Assembly (NCBI GenBank): GCA_045805005.1
Contig: JBJMMB010000340.1
Coordinates: forward strand, 1-51,723
Reading direction: 5' to 3'
DNA: 51,723 nucleotides
Origin: Chloroflexia bacterium
Lineage (GTDB): Bacteria; Chloroflexota; Chloroflexia; QHBQ01; JADMIH01
How positions within the stretch are numbered: position 1 is the stretch's first letter; every line of letters begins with the position of its first letter. Shown piece after piece: positions 8,747 to 16,246 of the stretch. A model generated the notes under the pieces. The model was not told where the DNA came from. It worked only from the letters and a program-made list of their open reading frames with translations, and made no database searches. The translations under genes and the position numbers were made by a program.

Positions 8747-10290
8747 TCGGGGATCAGCGCTTGGGCGTCAGGGATCAAGCAGACACGGACGACGATGGAC
8801 GATGGACACTCGACGATGGAGATGCGGTTGCAGATTTGACGACCCCATCGTCCATCGTCCATCGTCCATCGTCCGCCCCTAACCCAACCCCCGGCCCCCG
8901 ACCGGCAACAGCCAATAAGGTCATCAAGTTCAGTCACGTCTCGAAGCGGTTCATCCTGCACCACGAGCGACCCCGGTCGTTCCAGGAAATGGTGGTCAAC
9001 GTGTTTGGCCTGCGCAATCCTTCTAAGCGCGGTGTGGCTATGCCAAGCCCCGAGAAAGAGGAGTTCTGGGCGCTGCGCGATGTCAACTTCAGCATCTACG
9101 CGGGCGAGGCCGTCGGCATCATCGGTGAGAATGGCTCCGGCAAATCAACGACCCTCAAGCTCATCTCCCGCATCCTCGAGCCCACCTCGGGGAGCGTATC
9201 GGTCAAGGGTAAAGTCTCAGCGCTGCTGGAGCTGGGCACCGGCTTCCACCCCGACCTCACGGGCCGCGAAAACATATTCCTCAACGGTTCTCTCCTCGGA
9301 ATCTCAAGGAGGGAGATGAGCCGGCGCTACGACCAGATTGTGGACTTCGCGGAGATCGGCGAGTTCATCGACACACCCATCAAGCACTACTCGTCGGGCA
9401 TGGTCATGCGGCTTGGGTTCGCCGTGGCGATCAACGTGGCCCCCGACATCCTGCTTACGGACGAGGTCCTGGCTGTGGGCGACGAAGCCTTCCAGCGCAA
9501 ATGCCTCGACTACATCGCGCAGCTCCGCAAGCAGGGCGTGACCATCGTGTTCGTGTCTCATGCCCTCGATGCCGTGCGCTCACTCTGCCGGCGCGCCATC
9601 TGGCTCGACCACGGAAACGTGGTCGCCGACGGCCCCTCAGCCGAGATCATAGACCGCTACCTGACTTACGAGAACGAGCGGCACCGAGAGCGCATACGGT
9701 CCGAGCAGGCGGGCGACCCATTGCGGCCTGTTGCCCGGCCCCAACCGCTGGCCCCAACTGAGGACGAATCCGAAAGCCTCGAAACGGTTGAGGAATCTGC
9801 GATGGTTCAGCAGTCCGGCCCACCACCTCCCGAAACTGAACCTCAAGTGGTTGAAGCGTCACCTGTACAGGTAACCGGCGTAACCTTCATAAATGGCCAG
9901 GGTGAGGAAACTACCCTGGCCGCCACCGGCGAACCGCTCACGATCCGAATTGCGTACGATGCGAAAAGCCGGCTTAGGCAACCGGTCTTCGGGCTTGCGA
10001 TCTACACCGAGAACGGCACCCACCTGAACGGCCCCAACACACGCTTCTCAGGTCTGGAGATAGCGGAGATCGAAGGGGAAGGCTACGTAGACTACGAACT
10101 GGAATCGCTGCCCCTGCTCGCTGGCCGCTATGACGTAACGGTAGCCGTCACCGATGCGGATATGGCCCAAACCTACGTCCACCAGCACAGGGCCTACTCA
10201 TTCACGGTGCAGCCCACCCCCGGCCTCCCCGAACGCTGGGGCCTCCTATACATGCCCGCGAAATGGAGCCACGCGAAACGCGCAACCTAA
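8743..10290 (+). CDS. Wzt/TagH-like ABC exporter ATPase with a C-terminal Wzt_C-like carbohydrate-binding domain and an unusual 58-aa N-terminal extension
   Basis: ATG 8743 overlaps the permease stop (ATGA) and follows the SD GGAGAGGA (8732-8739). Walker A GENGSGKST, signature YSSGM, Walker B ILLTDE. A Pro/Glu linker leads to a beta-rich tail: VTGVTFINGQGEE...GRYDVTVAVTD. Confidence 0.85.
   Translation: MIGDQRLGVRDQADTDDDGRWTLDDGDAVADLTTPSSIVHRPSSAPNPTPGPRPATANKVIKFSHVSKRFILHHERPRSFQEMVVNVFGLRNPSKRGVAMPSPEKEEFWALRDVNFSIYAGEAVGIIGENGSGKSTTLKLISRILEPTSGSVSVKGKVSALLELGTGFHPDLTGRENIFLNGSLLGISRREMSRRYDQIVDFAEIGEFIDTPIKHYSSGMVMRLGFAVAINVAPDILLTDEVLAVGDEAFQRKCLDYIAQLRKQGVTIVFVSHALDAVRSLCRRAIWLDHGNVVADGPSAEIIDRYLTYENERHRERIRSEQAGDPLRPVARPQPLAPTEDESESLETVEESAMVQQSGPPPPETEPQVVEASPVQVTGVTFINGQGEETTLAATGEPLTIRIAYDAKSRLRQPVFGLAIYTENGTHLNGPNTRFSGLEIAEIEGEGYVDYELESLPLLAGRYDVTVAVTDADMAQTYVHQHRAYSFTVQPTPGLPERWGLLYMPAKWSHAKRAT
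8788..8874. repeat. inverted heptamer arrays GACGATG (left) and CCATCGT x4 (right) inside the 5' part of the ATPase ORF
   Basis: Left arm: GACGATG GACGATG GACACTC GACGATG GAGATG at 8791-8826. Right arm: CCATCGT x4 at 8845-8872. There is 16-bp perfect complementarity between 8791-8806 and 8851-8866, available in several registers. Confidence 0.85.
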
Positions 10291-10293
10291 AGT

Positions 10294-10391
10294 GTAAAAC
10301 GTAAAACGTAAAACGTAAGGGTGGTGGACATACTTGGATGGGGATTACCAACCATGTACGCCAACCACCATTACGTTTTACGTTTTACGAG
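10294..10391. terminator. long hairpin built from GTAAAAC heptamers; candidate bidirectional terminator between convergent genes
   Basis: GTAAAAC x3 at 10294-10314. TTACGTT TTACGTT TTACGAG at 10371-10391. 10301-10327 pairs with 10361-10388 as 18 bp perfect, 1 mismatch, 6 bp, 1 bulge, 2 bp, with a loop of about 33 nt. The right arm overlaps the pepA stop codon. No U-tract. Confidence 0.6.
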
Positions 10392-11878
10392 TCTCCCTCA
10401 GCCAGCGCGATCAGCGTGCGCACCATAACGCCGGTCGCTCCCTTCGCTTGCCAGGGCATTTCCTTCTCAGTCCAGCCCGTACCCGCGATATCAAGGTGCG
10501 CCCATGGCGTGTTCCCTACGAACTGCTGCAGGAACGCGGCTGCGATGGACGCGCCCCCGAACCGACCGCCGGTGTTCATCAGGTCGGCGATATTGCTCTT
10601 CAGCTTGTCTTTGTAGTCGGGGTATAGGGGCATCTGCCACAGGCGCTCGCCCGCTTCAGCCGCGGCCCTTAGTATCTCGTCCGCCCACGCTTGCTGCGAG
10701 GCCATGAAGCCCGTCACGACATCCCCCAGGGCCACCTTTATCGCGCCCGTAAGCGTGGCGACATCCACCAGGCGCTTGGCCCCTCGTTTGATCGCCAGAT
10801 CCAGCGCGTCCGCCAGCACAAGGCGTCCCTCCGCGTCGGTATTGATGATCTCTATAGTCTTGCCGTTGGCCGCCCGGACCACGTCACCGGGGCGCGTGGC
10901 CCTATCGCTCGGCATATTCTCCACCAGGCCCGCCACTCCTATCACGTCGACGGGGGCCTTGAGCTGTGCTAGGGCCTGCACCGTGCCGATCACGTTCGCC
11001 GCCCCGCACATGTCGTACTTCATGTAATGCATGTCCTGGGCGCCCTTGATCGAGATACCGCCCGTGTCGAAGGTCACACCTTTCCCCACGAGGCCCAGCA
11101 CCGGTCGTCCCGCGCTCTTGCCGCTGGCACCCCTGTAAGTGAGCACAACCACGCGTGGAGGATTAGCGGACCCCGCCGCGACGCTGAGCAGCGAGTTCAT
11201 CCCCCCGTCCTTGATGGCCTCCTCGTCCAGGATATCGCACTCGATGCCGTTGGCTTCAGCCATCTTTCGAGCTTCCTCTGCCGCCCGCTCGGTCGTCATA
11301 ACATTGGCGGGCTCATCGCCAAGCCAGCGGGCGAAATTCACCGCACCCGCGATCTTTTCGCCTCGCCGTAGACCTTCTTCGGCCCTGGCCAGGTCGTCAC
11401 GCTCCGCCACCCAGATTGTGCCCTCGGCAACCTCGTTCTTGTCGGTCCTGTCCTTGTACAGATCCGAGCCGGCGAGGCCGCATAAGACACCGTCGGCAAC
11501 GATCTCGGCCGCGCTGGAGGCAGCCACCCCTGCGGGTGCTGTCAGTCCCAGGCATACACTCCTCGCGCCCTTCTTCCGGGCCTGCCTTGCCGCCGCGCCG
11601 GCCAGGTTGCGCAGCGACCGCACGTCGAATTGGTCCTCCTTGCCCGCCCCGATAAGCAGCACCCGCCTTGCCTTTACGCCGGGCGCGGGGTAGACCCATT
11701 CCGCCTCGTATGTGACCCCCTTGAACGCGCCATCGGAAATCGCCGCGGACAGCGCTCCGTCCAGCGCCTTATCAACCCAGGTCGCCGCCCCACCGAGGTC
11801 CGCCTTATGAAAAGCGTTGACCACCAACACGTCGGCCTCTATTTCTGCCATTGTAGCTTGGGTTATAGACAGTTTCAC
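10385..11878 (-). CDS. pepA: leucyl aminopeptidase, M17 family
   Basis: ORF track. M17 signature NTDAEGRLVLADAL, VGKGVTFDTGGISIK, and typical length of 497 aa. Confidence 0.92.
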   Translation of the reverse strand: MKLSITQATMAEIEADVLVVNAFHKADLGGAATWVDKALDGALSAAISDGAFKGVTYEAEWVYPAPGVKARRVLLIGAGKEDQFDVRSLRNLAGAAARQARKKGARSVCLGLTAPAGVAASSAAEIVADGVLCGLAGSDLYKDRTDKNEVAEGTIWVAERDDLARAEEGLRRGEKIAGAVNFARWLGDEPANVMTTERAAEEARKMAEANGIECDILDEEAIKDGGMNSLLSVAAGSANPPRVVVLTYRGASGKSAGRPVLGLVGKGVTFDTGGISIKGAQDMHYMKYDMCGAANVIGTVQALAQLKAPVDVIGVAGLVENMPSDRATRPGDVVRAANGKTIEIINTDAEGRLVLADALDLAIKRGAKRLVDVATLTGAIKVALGDVVTGFMASQQAWADEILRAAAEAGERLWQMPLYPDYKDKLKSNIADLMNTGGRFGGASIAAAFLQQFVGNTPWAHLDIAGTGWTEKEMPWQAKGATGVMVRTLIALAEGDS

Positions 11879-11879
11879 T

Positions 11880-12917
11880 CTACATCTTCTCGCTGCTATG
11901 CCCTGGAAAGATGCTCGCCTTAGGGTCTATGTAGTGCTTGGCGATGTTGACGGCCAGAGCGGCTTGTGCGTATCCGGTGGCGATCAGGTTCATCTTGATC
12001 TCCTCGGCGGCGATGTCGCCCGCGGCGTACACCCCGGGCAGATTGGTCTCCATCCTGGTGTTCACGAGTACGCCCCGTTTCTCCATCTCCAGGCCCCACT
12101 CCTTGATCGGCCCCAGGTCGGCCTTGAAGCCGACGTTTACAAGGATCGCGTCAACGTCCAGCGTCTCCTCTTCCTTGGTCTGGTTGTTGAAGATGGTCAC
12201 CTGCTCGATCTTCCCCGAGCCCGAGACAGCGTGGACCTCATAAGGGGTCAGAATGCGCACCGGTGAGGCCCGTAACTCATTGACGGAACTCTCGTGCGCT
12301 CGGAACTCGTCGCGGCGGTGGATCAGGGTGATAGACCTGGCGGTATCCTGGAGATTGAGCCCCCAATCGACCGCCGAATCGCCTCCGCCCACGATCAGGA
12401 GATTCTTCCCCGCGAACGCTGCCTTCTCCTTGACGAAATAGAAGACCGCCGCGCCCTCCAGCGCATCCAGGCCGGGCGCTGCCAGCTTGTTGGGGTAGAA
12501 GGCCCCAACGCCTGCGGCGATTACCACTGTACGCGTGAGATGCGTACCCTTGGAGGTCGTCAACTGGATCGTCCCGTCTTCGCGACGTTCGAGAGTCAAC
12601 ACCCGCTCATCGAGGCAGATGGCAGGATTCCACTGTGAGGCCTGCTCCAGCAATAGTTTGACCAGGTCCTTGCCAATGATCTTGGGGTAGCCTGGGGCAT
12701 CATAAATGTACTTTTCAGGATAGAGGGCGGTGATCTGCCCGCCGGCCTCCGGCAGTGCGTCGATGATCTTCGTCTTCATCTCGCGCATGCCTGCGTAGAA
12801 CGCCCCGAAGAGCCCCGTCGGGCCCGCTCCGACGATCGTTACATCAAACACATTGTCCTCGGGCTGCCCGCCTTCCACGTCGGTGCCGTTATGCTCTAGG
12901 TCCATCCGCTCCACCAT
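11880..12917 (-). CDS. ferredoxin-NADP(+) reductase, thioredoxin-reductase-like type (YumC family)
   Basis: The ORF track gives 11880..12962. I prefer ATG 12917 (MVERMDLEH...) because GGAGGGAG lies 8 nt upstream. FDVTIVGAGPTGLFGAFYAGMR...GGQITALYPEKYIYDAPGYPKI...GGGDSAVDW...IHRRDEFRAHE aligns from memory almost colinearly with B. subtilis YumC. The stop lies 1 nt from the pepA start. Confidence 0.88.
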   Translation of the reverse strand: MVERMDLEHNGTDVEGGQPEDNVFDVTIVGAGPTGLFGAFYAGMREMKTKIIDALPEAGGQITALYPEKYIYDAPGYPKIIGKDLVKLLLEQASQWNPAICLDERVLTLERREDGTIQLTTSKGTHLTRTVVIAAGVGAFYPNKLAAPGLDALEGAAVFYFVKEKAAFAGKNLLIVGGGDSAVDWGLNLQDTARSITLIHRRDEFRAHESSVNELRASPVRILTPYEVHAVSGSGKIEQVTIFNNQTKEEETLDVDAILVNVGFKADLGPIKEWGLEMEKRGVLVNTRMETNLPGVYAAGDIAAEEIKMNLIATGYAQAALAVNIAKHYIDPKASIFPGHSSEKM

Positions 12918-12981
12918 GAACGAGTCTCCCTCCGATTTCAATGGCCCGGCGCCAGCGAGCACGCAAAACGCCGGTCGGCGT

Positions 12982-13010
12982 ATTATAACCTACAGGGAGT
13001 GGAGGAACAA
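12982..13010 (-). promoter_or_regulatory. sigma70-like promoter TTGTTC-17-TATAAT (minus strand) for the FNR-pepA operon
   Basis: Reverse complement of 13005-13010 is TTGTTC and of 12982-12987 is TATAAT, with a 17-nt spacer. A small hairpin ACGCC-GACC-GGCGT plus TTTT (minus strand, 12964-12981) sits at the predicted transcript start, just downstream of the amidase stop. Confidence 0.5.
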
Positions 13011-13020
13011 CATTTCGGCC

Positions 13021-15384
13021 CTAGGGTGCCGCCTTCATTCGCGGCCCGTTCGGCTGCTGCAGCGTGAGCGTTAGCATCTTGGAGATTTGCGCCCGGATCA
13101 CGGCTGCTCCCGGGTGGAAAGTGCCGTCCGCGTACCCGCTGACGACGCCGTTTGAGAAGACCGTTTCAACGTAACCGTATGCCCAGTGATCGATAGGCAC
13201 ATCCGTGAAATCGGGGGTGAGCGGACTGACGAGATCCCAGCCCTTCGCGAGCACGAGCATCTTGGCCACCTGTGCTCTACCCACTTCGTTGCCCGGCAGG
13301 AAAGTGCCGTCCGCGTAACCCGAGACCACGCCGCGCACGAACGCCGTTTCGATGTACTGGTAGAAGGGGTGGTCCACGGGCACATCGGTGAAGTCAGGGA
13401 AGACAGGGTTGTAGAGGTTCCACCCAAAACCGAGCGCCAGTAGTTTAGTCAGTTGCCCGCGGGTCGTGCTCGCCCCTGGTCTGAAAGTGCCATCGGCGTA
13501 CCCCGATATGACCCCATTGCAGTATAGGTAGGAGATATAACTGTATGCCCAGTAATCCTCGGGCAGATCAACGAATCGCATGCCACAGGGGCCGGGGGTC
13601 CACGTCGGCCCGGCGAACGGCGTCTCCGTCGCGGTCTCAATGGGATTGGTCGGGACGGGTGTGGCAGTGCCAATTGGTGTCCGGATTGGGGTGTTGGTCG
13701 GCGGGCGCACCGGAGTGTTGGTCGGGGTCCAGGTAGGTGTCCGGGTGGGAGACCTCGTCGCTGATGGGATGGGCGTGTTGGTAGGCAGGCCGCTCGACGT
13801 AGTGGGGATCCACATCACCGCGTCAAACCAGACGTTCCTTCCCGTTTCACCGGCATAGTCGCTGAGCGAGACTTGAGCCGGGGCCCCACCGTTGAAAAGG
13901 AATCTGCCAACGTGCGCCCAGCTACCGCTGCCGACATCGGTGATCGCCTTCTGGCTCACGTGCGAGATCTGGGTGCCATCGGCGGCGTAGACGGTATAGC
14001 GAGCATTAGTGGTTTCCGAATTGTGGTTGTCGACCCACGGTATGAAAGCATATACGTCGTAGTAGCCCGAGTTGGGCAGGTAGGTCGTCCAGGTCCCCGA
14101 GTTGACGCTGGACTGTGGATTGGTCACTGACGTGGTAACATAGCAATTGGATCCGTTGTATCCACCGTTATAGATGTTCCAGTAATGGGCAGGGTCGATG
14201 GGCGTGGGCACAGCCACGAAACCGCTGTCGGTGTTGTCAACCAGCGCCGCGCGGTCCGAGTCGCGGCGCACAAGCCCCATGTAGTAGGTCCAATTCCAGT
14301 ATGGACCAGGGTCAGTGTGCGTCTGGTTGGGGACCTGGTAGTGCCCAATTATGTGAGCCCGGTCGATAGGGACCGCGTACGTGTCGGCCAGGTGGCGAGC
14401 CAGGCCCGCGGACGCCTGGTACATTGCTTCGGTGTACCAGCCCTGCTGGTTTGCGAAGCCCTCATGCTCGATGCCGAAGGCACGCACGTTATAGTCCCAG
14501 TTGCCGGCATGATACGCGGTATTTGCCTCCCGCACCATCTGCGTGATATCGCCATCCGACGAGCGTATCACGTAATGCGCGCTGACCCCCGAGTTCGGAT
14601 TCTGGAACCAGCTAATCGACGACGAATAGGACCCTTCGGTGTCATGTATGATGATCACGTTCTGAGGTCCGTAGGGCCGCCCTACAGTATAGTTATTCGT
14701 GTGGGCGGGCACCCAGTGCGCCGGGCCATAGTCGTCGCTCGCTGGCGGCAGCGAGGTGCGGGCAGGCAGGTTCTTAAGGGCGGAAGACGCGAGGACCACT
14801 ACCTCCCCGCTTTGTAATGTTGCCTGCACACCCTCGCCAACGACCCGGAACACCTCCTGGGCGTACCCTTCGCGGACCGACTCGTCGGTCGCACCTGAAT
14901 ACTCCTGGACGGCACCGTACCAGTCTTCCAGCACCGTTGCGTCTGTCTTTCCATCTCTTAGCTTACCGGATATGTCGCTCAGGAGCGCCGCGCCCGCCTC
15001 AATGTTCGCCTCCGGAAACTTCCTTATGGCGTCTTCGCTCAAACCCGTGAGACTCGCCGAGCGAGCCAGGGTTCCACCCTCGCCATCGACAAGATGCATG
15101 ATCCCATAGCCGTGGTCGATAGACGGCGCGCCGTCGCGCTGCTCCCAGTGCGACTCGACGTGCCCGATCGCCATGAGCACCTGCACGGGCACGTTCCAGT
15201 GCCTGGCCGCGACCTCGAATGCCCGGGTTACGGGCGAGACGGCTGTGTCTGACGCCTGGGGTGCCGCTGATGTCTGGCCAACTCCTGCTACGGCCGCAAG
15301 GATGGCCGAACCTGCAACCAGCGTAGCCACTCGCACGAAATGCGCGGCCCGTTGCGCCGGCCCTACAGGGTTTGTCTTGTGCAT
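13021..15384 (-). CDS. cell-wall hydrolase: SLT-like region, N-acetylmuramoyl-L-alanine amidase (Amidase_2/PGRP) domain, Pro/Thr linker, three C-terminal SLH domains
   Basis: The ORF track gives 13021..15576 with a GTG start. I prefer ATG 15384 (MHKTNPVGPAQRAAHFVRVATLVAGSAILAAVAGVG, signal-like), which is preceded by GAGG. The upstream 64 codons have AT-rich third positions, unlike the rest of the gene. Amidase_2: IIIHDTEGSYSSSISWFQNPNSGVSAHYVI...AYHAGN...FGIEHEG. SLH x3: DYWAYSYISYLYCNGVISGYADGTFRPG, HPFYQYIETAFVRGVVSGYADGTFLPG, DHWAYGYVETVFSNGVVSGYADGTFHPG. Confidence 0.88.
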   Translation of the reverse strand: MHKTNPVGPAQRAAHFVRVATLVAGSAILAAVAGVGQTSAAPQASDTAVSPVTRAFEVAARHWNVPVQVLMAIGHVESHWEQRDGAPSIDHGYGIMHLVDGEGGTLARSASLTGLSEDAIRKFPEANIEAGAALLSDISGKLRDGKTDATVLEDWYGAVQEYSGATDESVREGYAQEVFRVVGEGVQATLQSGEVVVLASSALKNLPARTSLPPASDDYGPAHWVPAHTNNYTVGRPYGPQNVIIIHDTEGSYSSSISWFQNPNSGVSAHYVIRSSDGDITQMVREANTAYHAGNWDYNVRAFGIEHEGFANQQGWYTEAMYQASAGLARHLADTYAVPIDRAHIIGHYQVPNQTHTDPGPYWNWTYYMGLVRRDSDRAALVDNTDSGFVAVPTPIDPAHYWNIYNGGYNGSNCYVTTSVTNPQSSVNSGTWTTYLPNSGYYDVYAFIPWVDNHNSETTNARYTVYAADGTQISHVSQKAITDVGSGSWAHVGRFLFNGGAPAQVSLSDYAGETGRNVWFDAVMWIPTTSSGLPTNTPIPSATRSPTRTPTWTPTNTPVRPPTNTPIRTPIGTATPVPTNPIETATETPFAGPTWTPGPCGMRFVDLPEDYWAYSYISYLYCNGVISGYADGTFRPGASTTRGQLTKLLALGFGWNLYNPVFPDFTDVPVDHPFYQYIETAFVRGVVSGYADGTFLPGNEVGRAQVAKMLVLAKGWDLVSPLTPDFTDVPIDHWAYGYVETVFSNGVVSGYADGTFHPGAAVIRAQISKMLTLTLQQPNGPRMKAAP

Positions 15385-15633
15385 TTGAACCTCACATGCT
15401 TCAAGAAAGACGATGTTCCGGTCTACATTACGACGAGCCAATGCTATTGTGGTTGCGCGAGTTACGTAAAGTCGTTTGCGGCGGTCCTCAAACCGCGGGA
15501 AGTCAAGAGCGCGCCGGTAGGCGTCACGAGCCTCTTCGATGGCCCGCATCGCACCGTGCAATTGTACGAAGCCCACCCAGTACGGTCAAGGCATCTGTGC
15601 AAGGTCAGGGTCTACTCGTTTTTGGGTAAACAA

Positions 15634-15768
15634 CCTGTAGGGGCAGGCCCCCGTTGCCTGCCCCGGTCGTAAACCACAAGTGAGATAAATATCTCCGATT
15701 TCCCGTTTTCCCCATTCCACGCGTGAGAATCGCCAAAAAGCGGAAAAACCGGAAATTGCCGAGATCCT
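15634..15768 (+). repeat. composite dispersed repeat, copy A: one GC-rich hairpin unit plus a core of about 90 nt, directly upstream of the ferredoxin promoter
   Basis: Perfect hairpin GGGGCAGGC-CCCCGTT-GCCTGCCCC at 15640-15664. The core AGATAAATATCTCCGATT...CCCCATTCCACGCGTGAGAATCGCCAAAAAGCGGAAAAACCGGAAA matches the reverse complement of 36955-37045, including the identical 15-mer CCACGCGTGAGAATC. Confidence 0.75.
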
Positions 15769-15769
15769 G

Positions 15770-15798
15770 TTGCCGACATACAAGCCCTCATGTATAAT
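15770..15798 (+). promoter_or_regulatory. sigma70-like promoter TTGCCG-17-TATAAT for the ferredoxin gene
   Basis: TTGCCG at 15770-15775, 17-nt spacer, TATAAT at 15793-15798. About 60 nt upstream of ATG 15859. Confidence 0.6.
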
Positions 15799-15858
15799 GG
15801 GGCTACCGCGTTCAACTACCGATCACTTACCGCGGACCCTAGAGGAGGACGGCCCAAA

Positions 15859-16116
15859 ATGACTTATGTGATCACCGAGCCATGCATCAACGTCAAGGAC
15901 GCTGCCTGTGTGGACGTTTGCCCTGTTGATTGCATCCACCCCCGCAAGGACGAGCCCGGCTTCGAACCTGCTCTTCAGCTTTACATCGACCCGGACGAGT
16001 GCATCGACTGCGGTGCCTGCGAGCCGGAATGCCCGGTGAACGCCATTTTCCCCGAAGACGACGTGCCCACGGAGTACGAGGAGTACACCGCCAAGAACCG
16101 CGACTTCTTCAAGTAA
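15859..16116 (+). CDS. fdxA: 7Fe-type ([3Fe-4S][4Fe-4S]) ferredoxin
   Basis: The ORF track gives 15790..16116. The real start is ATG 15859 ([28 protein letters not shown]...), preceded by GGAGGAG at 15843-15849. Cys pattern: CxxxxxxCxxxCP ... [12 protein letters not shown]. Confidence 0.9.
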   Translation: MTYVITEPCINVKDAACVDVCPVDCIHPRKDEPGFEPALQLYIDPDECIDCGACEPECPVNAIFPEDDVPTEYEEYTAKNRDFFK

Positions 16117-16132
16117 TTGCCACCCTTAGCAA

Positions 16133-16156
16133 AGAGGGCCACGCTCCTGGCCCTCT
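16133..16156 (+). terminator. hairpin after the ferredoxin gene (9-bp stem, no U-tract)
   Basis: AGAGGGCCA-CGCTCC-TGGCCCTCT, beginning 17 nt after the stop codon. Confidence 0.4.
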
Positions 16157-16181
16157 TCGCGCGTCCGCACGCCCGCGCGTG

Positions 16182-16210
16182 TTGCCGCGCCCACCTATGT
16201 CTGCTATAAC
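16182..16210 (+). promoter_or_regulatory. sigma70-like promoter TTGCCG-17-TATAAC for the liu operon
   Basis: TTGCCG at 16182-16187, 17-nt spacer, TATAAC at 16205-16210. ATG is at 16247. Confidence 0.5.
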
Positions 16211-16246
16211 TTATGTATATGCCCCGTCAGTGAGGATAGTGGGCCA

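Noticed and set aside
12964-12981. Intrinsic terminator for the amidase gene (ACGCC-GACC-GGCGT plus TTTT on the minus strand).
   Set aside because: The stem is only 5 bp, and it lies at the predicted +1 region of the FNR promoter. It is too weak and too ambiguous to annotate separately.
15385-15576. The 64-codon N-terminal extension of the amidase ORF (GTG 15576) as a real cytoplasmic domain.
   Set aside because: Codon third positions there are visibly AT-richer than in the rest of the gene. ATG 15384 has a GAGG SD and begins a signal-like peptide. A plausible TTACGT-17-TAGCAT promoter lies inside the extension.
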